Below are positions 38,241 through 53,765 of a DNA stretch of 64,000 nucleotides, in pieces (the stretch's first letter is position 1; each line of letters starts with the position of its first letter). The stretch is from Eledone cirrhosa (lineage: Eukaryota), in assembly GCA_964016885.1 (NCBI GenBank), contig OZ024742.1, positions 154,690,001 to 154,754,000 of the forward strand, in the 5' to 3' direction. The position numbers and the translations under genes were made by a program. A model generated the notes under the pieces. That model was given only the letters and a program-made list of their open reading frames with translations, did no database searches and was not told where the DNA came from.

Positions 38241-41106
38241 TAGAGTTGAGATGGAGCGTCTGTGGTTTTCTCACATAATGAACCCTTAGTTTGGAATCTT
38301 TTACATTTGATATTGGCAACTATATTAGAACTATTTCTTTCTACTTATTATATTAAGTTTATATTTTCTTAAACGAAATCTTCAATAAATGTGTTCGCTA
38401 AATAATTATTTCTCAATTCTTCTCTATATTCTGAATTACTATGTACCAGTTTCCATCAATACAAGAATTAGAAACGTATTCCTTGCCTCAAACAACATAC
38501 TTGTGGCTGGAACATCTATATTTGTAGGTATGGTCGAGTATGTCTGACCTAAATAGATTTCATTTTTCTGACTAAATGATAGCTGTATCCACGATATAGT
38601 ATGAAATACAAAGCTCTTCGCGGAGAAGAGAATTCAAAATCACTCGAAAGTGATTTTCTTATATATCAGATATGAAATATAGGCACTAAGCAATAACACA
38701 CAAAGGACTGCAACATTAACAAAAATAGAAATAACAGCAGTAAAATCTACAACAGTATGTAATTACAAAATACTACCACAAACATAATCGGCACCACGAA
38801 AAGCACCAACGATAGAGCCTCTATATTGTATTTGATATTATAGAAATAAGAGCCAAATAACTATTAAATGTCATCTAACTTATAACAAAGGAAATTCAGT
38901 TAACATATGTCTCATGTAAGCAATTCGTTTGAAGTCTGTTTGCGAAGGAAATAGAAGCAGTATCAGTTTCAAGAGAGTTAATCTTTAATTGCACGGATTC
39001 CTGCTTATTAATCAATTTAATGTATTTGTCATAAAAGAGTTATATGAAATTCTGATTAAAACCAGAGTCCAAAGATAGTACTTGTCGTCTACCTAAGCAA
39101 AAAATAATTTATTTAAATTAGCTTTGACATACTGATTGCAGAGAATACCAAGATCCTATGTCGAAATATATGTATGTAGTGAGTATTGATTATTATTCTG
39201 TCATGGCTGACTTCATGCTAAATAAGAACAATAAAACAGCTGGTACTGCTGCAGCCAATACCAAAACTCCCACCACAACTGCTACTGCTTCTACTAACTC
39301 CAACTTAGGACTGAAACAGTAAACAATTACTATTATTAATTTTAATGATTTTGCAAGTATGAGAGACAAATACAAATATATTTCATTCTTAAAACATTAT
39401 AAATAAAACATAGAGATCACTGTAGATGCCGCAGTAGTGAATTGAGAAATATTAATTAGATGTGCAATAATGTACAACAATAGGTGGAACAATGTAGCAA
39501 GTTCATACATATTGCAATATTTGTACACATCTCGAACAAATTTTTTAATAATGTTTATGGAAAATTTCGATTATGAATTGTTAAAATGTGTTGAGAGGGA
39601 GATAAGATGATGTACTAAGAGAAGATGAGGCAATCAGACAAATATGATATATTAGTTGGAAGAGCATTTACATGTAAGAATTTTTTCTTTAATTTCGAAG
39701 AGTTCATAATCAGAATAGTTTTCACTAGCTCCAATTGCTAGACATCCATCATTTGCTTAATAACAGCCTTCTATATGTACATCTCCATTCACTGACGGAA
39801 GCGCACGTGTGTTGTTTTATCATATTTTTCCATTCCTTCCTCTTATCAATCTTTATCTTTCTATTTCATATTATCTTTCTCAATCTTCGCTTCAGATGAA
39901 GGAATAGTGTCGAACACGTTAAGACTATTTTCCTATTATTTAATAGAATGAGTAACAGTATCTAAATCACATATGCCGAAAGGCCTGAAAAATAAAGAAC
40001 CCCATTGTATAACATAGGCTTGGATAGGAAATCTAAGAATATGAGATAGAATGTGTACGAAAGAATCGCCTCTGATAATAGCTAGGCCCCCTCATGTATG
40101 ATTTGCTGCTTAATGAGAAGGATTAAAAATAATCACATACTGCTACTCTTATGAATATGTGTAATATTTAATTTGCCTAGGATTTTCTTTTTCTGCTTTT
40201 ATCCTGTGAACGATATCGTAACATGCAGTTTTTCAAATCTGCAGGAGTCAACCCTCCTTCCTATCGCACCAAAACCGACTTTTTTCCCCAGATAGAAAGA
40301 GAGAGTAAGCGAAAATGATGATTAAAATATGAAATATTAGTTTATGTATTGAGCCCGAAAAGTAAATATTTACCACGAAGGTAGGATTAAAATCAGAAAC
40401 CTGGAACTACTACATCGACCGATTTTATCCAAAGAACTAACAACTCTGCAGCCAACTTATCCTTTAGCTTTTTTGGTATGGAACTCAAAACCGAAACCAT
40501 CATACACCGGAAGCTCCCGAAATAGAACCGTTCCCAACTCACCTATTTTGATTGTAATGTAAATCATCAAGCCAAAACTACTGTAGCGGTCTAAACACAA
40601 TGGAGGTTATATCGAGTGTTTGACTTGACAATCAATCAGTCATTCAAAACATAAACATTAAAGATTAACAGTGTCGTTATTACGGTTAGAGAAAAGCAAA
40701 GGAAATTTAGATAATAAAGACATGATGTAAGTCATCTGTTTGAAGTCTGTCCGGGAAGGAAATGTAAGCAATGTTCAGAGAGTTATCACTGGGGGAGATA
40801 GAAAGATAGAGTAACAAGGAGAGTGAAAGAGAATCGGTAGAACAATACAAGTGTGGGAGAGGATTTTATTTATCTCGGTTAGTTCTAGGTGGAAGGTGAC
40901 GTGCTTGTTTGTAGAGATGACAGGTTTATAACTTGGTCGATCTATGTGATCAGTGATCGTAAAATGCGAATAGGATATATCAAAGATACCCTTGTTATAG
41001 ATATTCTCTACCTCTCACTTCTCTTAATCTGGCTCTCCTACACCATCTGTCATTATGCCTCTCTCTCTCACGTAGACATACTCAGACAGACACACATGGG
41101 AAATAA

Positions 41107-41794
<688 letters not shown>

Positions 41795-44069
41795 AATAGA
41801 AACGAAAGAGGAATAGTATGAGATACACATAGATTTCCGAGACTTACTAACTTATCTTTCGCTTCAATAAGATGCGGCAAAATAATATATGAACAGCTAC
41901 CCAGAGTGCATTAAATCAAGCACATGTACCGAAACAAAATATAAATTAAAATAGATAAAAGTGAGAATATGAACACATCCAAATATAATAGTTATTGTTT
42001 TTGTTTTTGTTTCTGTATTCTTACATAGGAATTATATTTAAGTATTTCTAAAATACATTTCACACTACCCAAAGGACATACTCCCAAATGATAGAAAAGT
42101 AAATGTATTTATTTGCTCATGGGAATCGAAACTTGGTCTCAAAATTGATCCTCTGATAATTAAACCACAATACCATAGAACAAACACTTCGCATGATTGA
42201 TTATAAAAACTGTTGACAGCACAATTGTCATTTACCATTAAAACAACAATAATAACACAACTCGAAAAAAAAAAAAAAGATCAGCAACAAATGTATTGAG
42301 ACGTCTGGAGTTTATCAGATATTTCAGCTTTGTGAAAACAAATTTGTAAACAAAGAATAAAATATACAAAATATGACAAAACATCACAAATATTCACATT
42401 TACTAACAATATATCACACATATAACATCATACAAATCTAATAACAAAATATATAGTTTAACAAGTTTTTGATTTTTTCTCCTTTTTTCTTCTATGCATT
42501 CCATTTTTTATTATTCTTCGCCCATTTTTTTCTATCTCAGACTTTTATTTGTTATATTTTTCTCTTCCATACTCAGCAGATATATTCTTCTCTCTTCTGT
42601 ATTTTATTGTCTATTTCTTCTTCTGGCTTCTATTTTCTTCTGGATTCTGCTGTGCCTCTGACGTGTTAATATTTTCCCACATATTCCGTTTCATCATCAT
42701 CATCATCGTTACTAACATCATGCGCATAATCGAATTCCTTCTCCCTCTCCTACTCGTTATCATCATCATCCACTTCCTCTTTATTTTTCTCCATCATCTA
42801 TTCTTTCTCTTTTTTATAGAACAAGAAGGGGGGGAAATCGATGACGTTCACGACATTGTCTGGGCGTAGATGAGAATCAACTGGTTTGTTGTTTACGAAG
42901 AATAATTAACACAGATGACGTAGATAACTTCTAGACTTTCCTGACATGGCAGTGCTATCGACGCTACTGATTTGAAACCATGTGAACAAGATCCTTCAAA
43001 CGGGTTAGTTCAAGTTGTGTCTAGAAACATATCTGTACACACAAATCTAGTTTTCGACTATTAATGATTTATGGAGTAATGTAGATGAGAAACTTTGAGA
43101 CGTGTACGATGGATCTGTCTATTAGCTGAACCAGCAATAAAGATCGTTCCCACTGTCTCCATTTTTACTGAAACAGGAACGCAGTTTTCATTAGTATAAT
43201 CGCTCAAAGGAAAGAGGCTGTGCTGCAACTGTGGCTGTAATGACTAATGACATGCACATTTCGTCACTAACATATTTAGGTTTCAATTAGTGCGAGTTGA
43301 TGTGGATTAGAAAAATTCTTCCACGGCATATATGTTGGCAATTTAGCAAAAAGGATGAGCAAAAACAAGGGATGGAAATTGCCGCAGAGATACGGAACTT
43401 ACTCTTCGTGATATGGGTATTATTCAAGAACTTTCGGAATCCCTTTCTCGATCCTATATAGAGTTTCCATTGAGGGGGGGGGGGGGGGGGGGCTCTTGCT
43501 TTCGTTTCTTAGATTAGTGTCTTGCACGAATAAGACCACCAGAAATCATTGCAATATGGAGAGACACAACGAGATTATCAATGGTCATCAAGGTATTTGT
43601 TCAGGCCATAGGTAGTAGGGCCTGTTCGAAACATATACTTCAGTCTGCATCTCATGCTATTAAAACTGGTGATGGACCTGCATCCTCTTATGGGAGGAGT
43701 GAAGTAGAAGCTCAAAGTGGATACCCCAAAGAGGGTTCGAAATAAAGCAATCTGGAAAACTTAGATCCTGGAATACCACAACCTTTGCAAGTAAAGAGCA
43801 GGAATAATTGCGGGAAGCTAGATGCGATCAGCTATAGTCGGAGTTTCCTCATTTCATATTTGCATCGAGATCGCCATCCTTCCTATCACTCCGTCCAATT
43901 GACTGTATTATTTTCTCTGAATTCGTCGATTCTGTGCTGGATATTCGTGATAATAGTGGGGCTGAGCGGTCAACTAATTACGATCTATTTATCTGTAACT
44001 TTCGACTACACTATGCCAAGAATGCCCACACAGCTATCAAAATCCAGGTCGACCTACAGCATAAAATGA

Positions 44070-44740
44070 GCAGTTTTGGTGATTAAGGAAATCAGGACCA
44101 GGTATATGGATAGCATTGCATCCAAATAAGAGAACACCCTGAGAAAACTCATGATGCTGAAATGGAGTGGAGACTGTTTAAATTGGTAGTTTCTGATTCA
44201 GCTGTTAAATACTCTGGGCAAATATGGCTTGGTGTGGCGCCGTGTAGTAGGAGTATCCATGGATACAATGAAGAGGTCTGAGATGACACACAACCAAACG
44301 TGGCTTGGAAATACATCTTCCATCTTGCGATACAAGCAAGTGCGAAAAATCGCAGCATGGAGGGAAAAGGCGTCCAAAGTTAAGACATGGAAGGACCTTG
44401 GTTTTAAAGTGGAATCCGGCTTTAGATAGGCAATAAAGTGTTCGGACAGACATCTGCCGACTTCGTAATAAGGGAAGCCCTTGCCCACATGCTATCGGAA
44501 ACGCGTCTGGGGTTCTCCTTTCTTCAGAGAAGTTAATTATCGCGAGGTGGGGAGAATAAATTATTTATCTTCTAAAACGGTGAAAACAGCGTTGACTATT
44601 CTCTCGGAGGCTGTGGTCGCAAGAGCTGTTAAAGAGCTGAGTTGTGGCAAGGCCGCCGGAGACAATGATATTCGACCCGTGGTACTAAAAACCTGGATGA
44701 CTCGTGTGCCGAGTGGCCTGGATATCTGGAAAAGCACCTA
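44070..44740 (+). mobile_element. Decayed RTE-clade LINE remnant
   Basis: Peptides WKDLGFKVES, NKVFGQT..RLRNKG, VARAVKELSCGKAAGDNDIRPVVLK (RT-proximal motif). Confidence 0.6.
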
Positions 44741-45454
44741 AGACATTGCTCAAATTATAGAGCGATCTTGTTAAGCTTCCATTTTACTCGAATGAATTCG
44801 TAGCTCAGAGATCAGATAGTTGCTACAGACACTATTGGCATGATTGTTTGCCAATAATCCCAGTGGGGGATGATTCTCAATTTGTTACCCGATGAGTGGG
44901 AGCACTGTTGAGAAAAAAGAAGTCGACATGAGGGCATTATGAATCATTTCTAAACTCCCCCTCAAAAGTCGACATGGGGGCATTATGAATCATTCCACTC
45001 CCGTAATGTTTCAGCCAATAGATTTCATAGACTTTCAAATAGAACTGCTATAATTTGAAATTCAATGTTTTGTTTTACATCTGTAGCCTGTTTGTATTTA
45101 TATATCTATCTATACACAAAATATTTCTAACAACCTGTTTCATAACAATCTGGAGAATTGTTTATGACAGTATCCCTTCCAGATTAAACAAAAAATAGAA
45201 ATGAATTAATGATTCATTTTTATATGAATTTTGATTGACCTTCTACACAGTTGTGGAACGTGAAGTAAATATATTCGAAGTATGTTATTCCCCCATGTAA
45301 ACAATATTTTTTTAAAACGACAGTTACAAATTCCAAAAGTTATATCGATATTTATTCTCCGTAAACTGTTTTCCAAATTATTCAGTAATATTGCGTTCCT
45401 TTCTAACGACAATTGTGTATTTTGATGTTGTAATCGCTTAACTATACAGCTCTC

Positions 45455-46472
45455 CATCTGCTGGCCCTTGTCAGTGATTACTTACTTGTTGTTGGATTTC
45501 ATGGGAGCTGTCTTGCTCTGTACCCGTCCCAATGCCTTCTTGATGCCATCGTACATGCCTCTGATTTTTTTCTTGTTACAGCAGCTCTCTGGATGTCCTC
45601 ATTGAGCTGTGTCCAGTACTCATCAGCACAGTGCCTTGCACTCTGTTGAACCTTGCTTCTGGCAGCACCGAGAGTCTGTAAGTTCCTTTCGCTGGGTTAT
45701 TGTTTGTGCTGGGTGATTGTTTGTGCTTGGGTAGCACGCTTGGCTTCAATGACAGGGGACATCCTGATGGACCTAGCCTCAAACCAGTCATGCGACTTCG
45801 AGACCCTCTTTCCAAAGGTAGCCAAAGCCATGCTGCGCATGATATTTCGCAGCATTTCCCACTTCGCTGTGACATAGTCTCCAATTTGAGATGTGTGAAG
45901 ATCTTTCTTGAGAGCCTCCGTGAATTATCTTACAATATCTGATTGGTACGCCTTGCTGATATCAAGGCAAGGATTCCCCTGTCTCTTGACACGATGGAAT
46001 CTCCTCGGTTTCAGCCTGATCTTGCAACACCCCAAAGTTGCGGTCTGTGTCGCAGTCTGCACGGTGGTCGGAGCCTGTGGCAACAACGTTCTATATGGTG
46101 TTACGTCTGACCAGAATGAGGTCCCGCTTGTACCAGTGCTTTGAGCGTGGATGTCTCCGGAAACCTTGTGATGTGGCTTGGTGCGGTAGGAGGCGTTGGT
46201 AACGCACAGGTTGTGACAAATAGAGAGCTCAACACGATGCTTTCTGTTGTCATTCATTTTTCCCTCACCAAACTGTCCAAGGCAGGAGGGCCATGAGTCA
46301 TGATCTGCCTTCACTCTGGCATTGAAATCACGAAGGAGAATGAGTTGTTCCCTGGTGGGGGTGTTGCTTATAGTGGAGGCGAGATTCTCATAAAACCTAC
46401 CCTTTGTATCTGATGTGGAGAACAGCCTTGGTACATACACTCTGACAAAAATGATGGGCTGGTAGTGGGAGA
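45455..46472 (-). mobile_element. RTE-clade LINE fragment (APE endonuclease)
   Basis: VYVPRL..KGRFYENL..LILLRDFNARV..WPSCLGQFGEGKMNDN..LCVTNASYRTKPHHKVS, frameshifted. Confidence 0.88.
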
Positions 46473-46934
46473 TTATACTCTCCCACTACCATGGACTTTT
46501 GGCCATCTGCCAATGCTCTATCCGCCGGAATAGTAGCCGACTAATTTGTCCCCAGTGACCGTTGGAATAGAAATGTGGAGGAACCTCCATAGGCACGTTT
46601 GGTATATTTTGCGATAATAGTCGGCTAGCTGGTCTTACTATCCTACATTTGCGCATGCCCAAACCTGTTGGCGTGAATCGGGCGTGCAGGGAAACGGGCA
46701 TTCACTTCATGAACATCGTGTTTTACAGTTCTCTGGTCGCTTCAATTTTGGAATACATCCTGATTGTAACCTTATTATGTGAGAAGCTCTGCTGAGATCA
46801 TGGTACTTGGTACTAGATGGAATTGCGTGGCCCCTGTCGTCATCAAAATATGTATCATGGCCGTATCAATAAAGGACTTTAACATCTAAACTACTTTGTA
46901 TTTCCTTATTCTACACCCCCCCCTCCACACACAC

Positions 46935-47055
<121 letters not shown>

Positions 47056-47128
47056 GAATAAAAATAGACAAGGAGTAAACTGTCCTCTTCAGTAGTGTAC
47101 TGATTATAGTTGGTATTTCGACGCATTA

Positions 47129-47234
<106 letters not shown>

Positions 47235-47762
47235 GTATAATATAATATAATATATAATATCATGTTATATCTATATACACTGGAAATTATACCGTTGAAT
47301 AATGTATAGTTTGAAACAATATTGTTCCCTAACCATAAACATATCGTCACAATGTTTTTGTTATGTATGTGATAAAGTGGTTATGAGTGAGCTGTCTTAT
47401 TTCCGACATTTTCTAGTTTGAAGCAAGTATCATGGCATTGTTGATATCACTGTCGATGTCGTCATCCCCAGATTTTCAATGAATTACAATAATTCTATGA
47501 ATATTTCCTCTTCTATAACACTCACGATATTTCAGTTTAGCTTAACTGTTTCCTACCATTTCAAATTCCACATTTAATAATTTGGTTGCTACGTATTATA
47601 GGCCGAATTACCTAGTAAAATATTCTTCCGTCAGCTACATGATACTTCATCTGTATGCATTATCCCGAATGTTCCAACTTATTTAGTGTATTATTTATTT
47701 TGTGGAGTTTCAATTCGTTGTGGCTTTTGAGAGGGCAACATTATGCAAAATATGTATCCTTT

Positions 47763-49804
47763 TGTTGAGGAATTCCTCAAATTAATATGAGGCTTGCAGG
47801 CCTCAAGGTATTTGTCTCTGGTACATTTTAAATGATAAATTGGCATTCTAAGCAATGTTGTTCAGCTATAATGATAATATATTCTCGACAAATTATTTAA
47901 TCATCTCAGCATAACTCTTTGGTTATCAAAGTAAATCCAAATAATCTAATAGTCCTCATACTTTACACTTCCATAACATTGTCTTAAGAATACAATATGA
48001 AGTGTGATTCATTATTTTTCAGTTTACGGCAAAGCGACAAATGTATATAAGCCCAAATGACGATGATTCTTGGCAGAAAAGCATATGAGTAACTAATAGC
48101 ACTACGATATTTACGTTACACTAAATATGTGTTCAATGTGTGTAAAATATACCTGACAAATTAATTGAAATCTCGAAGAATCCCTCTATGAACAGAATAA
48201 ATTAGTTTCATAGATGTCTATATTTCAAACCTAACATGTAGCTGTTAATCAGTTAAGAACACGATGATAGTTGTTATTAAGAAATATAGGATAAATATAA
48301 AAGAATAATGATCACATAACTCGTTGTTGAGTTGAAGAGGTACCATCAAATAGCATGTAATAGGACACTTTTAAACATGGTGGCGCCCAACCATCTCCAT
48401 TTTTTTTCTATAGAAGAACAATTGACCCCACTACTTGCCTGGTACTATTTTATCGACATCGAAAAGATTAAAAGCAAAGTTAACCCCGGCGTGATTTGAA
48501 CTCAGAGCGCGCAATGAGCTGGGACGATTATCGTACCCGACGTTTTAACGACTCTGCCCATTCGCCGCCTGTATGATGAACATATTTAGTATTAAAATAT
48601 TCTTTTACTAGAAGGTTTCCTCACCTACTATATACCAAGTGTTACAATATTTCCAATTTTTTAAAACTTGTCAAAGCCATGAAATATGCTATTTGTACCA
48701 CAGTGTATTTTAAAAAGCACAAAACGCGTTTATTGAATGTAAATTGTAGTTTACCTAAACCAAATACAGAGAAAACGCTTGATTCAGGGGAAACAACTGA
48801 GGGTTGCATCGACAAAAATAGGCTTTGTCTATTGTTAATGTTGATTGTTTCAGGAAGTGAATATTACTACCGTTGTTGCTACAAGATCGATCGTTAGAGG
48901 ATATTGATTCTAGAATAGCTGAATGCTGATGTATTTTCCATCGCATTACCATAGCGGATAAGTTGGAATCATGCAACCAAAGATGAAATAACTAAATAAA
49001 CATAAAATCAAGAGTAAGTATTTCAAAACACCAATATATACACATTTGAATGAAAGGGGATTTAACAGCACTATTCGTTTAAGTTATTTGCATTCAACAT
49101 CTATCTTTTACACTTACTAAAATACATATATATATATATATTATAGTATTTAGCCCACCTTTTTAATATTTCTTTTATCTATCATCACTCATTAACGATA
49201 AATGACACATATTTGCACTTTTCCTGATAATTATTGTAATGATAATACACTATTTTTCATAAATAGGAATTATAACTTTGCGAGGAAACAAACTCATCAA
49301 CGATTTTAAATTTGCACGACGGCACTTGAAATAAACTATACTTAACTAGGACAATAGTTACAGCAGTAAATTCTGTTCATAGAGGGATTCTTCGAGATTT
49401 CAATTATTTTTCAGGTATATTTTACACACATTAAACAAATATTTAACGTAACGTAAATATCGTTGTGCTTTTAGTTACTCATATGCTTTTCTGCCAAGAA
49501 CCATTGTCATTTGGGCTTATATACATATGTCGCTTTGCCGTAAACTGAAATAGAATGAATCACACTTCATATTGTATTCTTAAGACAATGCTATGGAAGT
49601 GTAAAGTATGAGGACTATTCGGTTATTTGGATTTACTTTCATAATCGAAGTGTTATGGTGAGATGATTAAATAATTTGTCGAGAATGTATTATCATTATA
49701 GCTGAACAATATTGCTTAGAATGCCAATTAACCATTTGAAATGTACCAGAGACAAATAACTTGAGGCCTGCTAGCTTCTTATTAATTTGAGGAATTCCTC
49801 AACA
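47763..49804. repeat. About 435-bp inverted duplication (47763-48198 / 49370-49804) around a 1.17-kb spacer
   Basis: Arms are alignable by eye with scattered substitutions; both outer ends carry TTGAGGAATTCCTCAA. Confidence 0.9.
48420..48570 (-). mobile_element. tRNA-derived SINE (Nin/Deu-type core)
   Basis: CTGGTACTATTTTATCGAC..GCAAAGTTAACCCCGGCGTGATTTGAACTCAG..ACTCTGCC..CGCCGCC (B-box GTTCAAAT on the minus strand). Confidence 0.8.
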
Positions 49805-52156
49805 GTAAATACTATTAGAACAATCAACAACTATACTCAACTCAAACATTGTTATATACTAGAAACAAAAGGCCTATTGACAACTAGCAGCAGCAACATA
49901 ACCAAGAAAACAACAGTCGTAGAAGAGCTATGGAATCATTATTAGTCCTACATGTGCTTTAATTGTATGGATGTTCTCACGTAAAATGCCTTTCAACGTT
50001 GGTCTACGCGATCACGGTCGATGCGTGCTATAAGAAAAGAAAAAAAAAACATAACCACACATCCTTATGCTTTGATCTCTTGCATGTGTGTATGAGCCAA
50101 ATCACCTTGAAACCATGCACTATTGTATTTAAAATACGCCGAGCCATAGAATAGGATAGTTTAGAAAAAAGACAGGAAGATCATTCTTAGAAAGCCGGTG
50201 TCGTATGCAACCACACGAGCAGCAGCAACAAATAACTTCATTTTTTTTGTAGAGGCCATCGAAAGAGTTATGACGAGTTTAATGCTGAATGAATTTGTGT
50301 CCACCTGTGATCATACAGACAGTTCAACAGATCTACACTTCAGCATTTACCGTCAAAATATACAAAAACAATTAGAGTGCAGTTAGCCGGAAGCTAAGTA
50401 TTTATTTTAGTAGCTTTTACTTACCAACTCTATTTAGAACAGAAGACATGGCCTTAGCAGTGAAAGCTAACGAGTTACTCCATAATTATATACTCCATTA
50501 TTATACAGTGTTTGCTCACTAGATAACGTATACTTATTCACATTTGGCACAGACATGAACGATTGAGTTAATTGGACATGTGTACTGCACGTTGTTGAAG
50601 ATGAGAATCAAGCCCTCTAGAGAGTATCGTTCTGGCCACTTCTACTTCGTATATCACTAGTACTATGATGGACACCTTAGCCAGCATCAACATTTGTATC
50701 GCCCCTAATTTATATGATCGCCATAAACATTATTATTGCAACTAACAACGACAACCAGTCTTAGGTCAAAGGATATAATCTGCAAGAAAAAATAGCTAAA
50801 TCTCTATATATCCAACACGTATAGTCGTCAACATTTAAGGCAACATTAGGTAAATCAAGATTGAGTCGTAGGAGCACCATATTGAGATATAGATTGTGTA
50901 GGAAATGTTTCAACATGCCAGAGCCCATCGCCTTTCCATGTCTGAATGCAGCCGATTTCTGTCGGTAAATGAAATAGAGTTTGATAGGGAGGAAGTGATA
51001 TATATTTATAGAGGAAGTTTCAACGCTTGTAATGAAAAGGTTTATTGGGCAGGAAAGAAAGATGAGCTCAGTGGGTATTAATATCAATATGCAGAGGTTT
51101 CGAAGGAATAACGCAAACCATATTATCTAGTTTTAACAGCTCAGCCAATTTGCTGCTTTCTGTGATCTTTACTCACGAGAAAAAATCATCATTGTCATGA
51201 CAAAATGGCTTTCAATCAGATCGTTTTCTGAAAGATCAGGCAAGGCTCATGGATTAGCAACACCAACAACATTATTAATAACAACATATGTAAGGACGAC
51301 ACTAATACGAACCAGCCAACGAAAAATATTTACGCGGTCACTAACATTGCTAGAAAAAAAAATACAGCAAATCTTCCCCCACATGATAGTCTATGTTTTT
51401 TTTTAATAATTCATTGTGTAATGTCATACTACATAAACAGGATCTGAATAGAAGACAGTATGCTCAAAGCAGGATTGCTTTTCGCCCTAAATCTCCTCGC
51501 TTGGGACTTGACTCGGTATTAAACACAACAGCATCATTTACCATTCTTATCAATGCCACTGAAATCACAACTTGCAGAAAAAGCAATAAAAAATAAACAA
51601 TAACACTAATATATTAGACATTGTAATCTACCACCAATATTATGACTGCCACGACTACCATCTTTAAATCGTAACAACAACAGTTATGACTGCTGATACT
51701 ACTACTAATACTGCTACAAAGCAATAGGGTTACACCACCATAACTTTGTATATTTCCAATACAATCAAATGTAGAGACTTGGTGTTCGATTGGTCGTCAA
51801 AATACTGCAGGCTGATGGTCGAGAATCACATGACCCTCTCACCCTTCTACTCTTCTGTCTGCAATGAAAGTTGGATGCAGTGTTGTTTACTTGTATCCAT
51901 ATCCCAGCTACTCTTCCCCCTCATCCTACTACTATTACAACTACCTCCACCACAGCCACTAATACCACCAACACCCCTATAACCAGATAAAAACAACAAT
52001 ATCAATAGATAACAAGAAACAATAAAAACAAAACAAAAATTATATACAATACAATCAATCCCATGCCTAATGCTATGTAATATAATTTAGATACGTATTT
52101 ACAATTACCATTATACAAACATGGAAGCATACATATATGTATATATGTATGTGTAA

Positions 52157-52265
<109 letters not shown>

Positions 52266-53550
52266 GTATGTGAATATGTATATACATATATATATATACA
52301 AATGTGTATGTGTCTGTGCGTGTGCGTGTGTGTTTTTGATTGTATGTATGTATAGATTTCCCCTTCTTTTTAAATATTGTAGCATTTTTCTTCTCGTAAT
52401 TATATACATAAATAATGTATACATACAGAAACAAATATATAAATATGTAGTTGTTGTTTTTTTATATTATTATTGATTTTGCATTTCATTATTAATGTCG
52501 CTGTAGTTTTAATGTTTGGCTTATAATTTTATTTTTATTTTCATTTTCTTGGCTTATCTACCCCTTCCATAGGCTTCTTTCATTGTTTTGTTGTGTATAT
52601 TGTTTTATTCTAGCCTTCATTTTCTTCCGCAGTCTTCACATGCCGTGCAATGATATTTGTCTTGCAGGCCTAAATCCCGTGATGAGTTGTTAAGATTTAA
52701 TCGCAGACGGCAGCGCAATCTACAATCCAATACACAAACATGTACACGCACACAAACAGACAAACACACGTACACACAGTCAAACACATTGATACACACA
52801 CACACGAAAAATGTAATACTAGAGCAAACATTCACTCACTGTTTCTGTCCGTACCATCTACACGTACATAATTATAAACACTTACATCATGTACATATAG
52901 ATCATCCCAATACAAAAGATGCCGTCATATATATTACTTATATTCCTGCATACATATTAGTATAAATATCTCTCTCCTTCATCAATCTCTGTATATCAAT
53001 TTACCACTGTGTTGCCCCGTCCCATCTATATCTATCTATCTACTTCTCTGTCATGTATATATATAAATACATTTTATGCATACAAATGCACATGCCAATT
53101 AAGAATGTTATATTGAGTAGCATAGCGTAACATTTCTCGTATATCATACGCACATTCATACGCATGTATATGTTCTATATATATATATAAATATATAGCC
53201 GTCACTTTACCCATATCGCCATAATGTATATGGTGTCATGCAATCACACAATCTCCGATATATCACGCGCATACAGGCAGACTTTCCCAAAGCTACTATA
53301 CAAATATATATAAATACACACTCAGACATAAATACAAATACATGCACACATCCTCTATCTCCCCGAATAATTATACTGTAGGGGCACTCAACAAAGTGCT
53401 AAATTTATGTATGTATGTATGTATATATATATAGAGAGATAGATATAGATATATATACATACATACATATATACATACATACATACACACATAAATATAT
53501 ACACACATACATGCACGGATACATACACACACATACACATATACACACAA

Positions 53551-53584
<34 letters not shown>

Positions 53585-53637
53585 ATGTATATATATATAT
53601 GTATATATATATATATGTATATATATATATACATTTA

Positions 53638-53765
<128 letters not shown>

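Noticed and set aside
44915-45003. About 46-bp direct duplication (AAGTCGACATG..GCATTATGAATCATT)
   Set aside because: An ordinary two-copy local duplication with no further structure.
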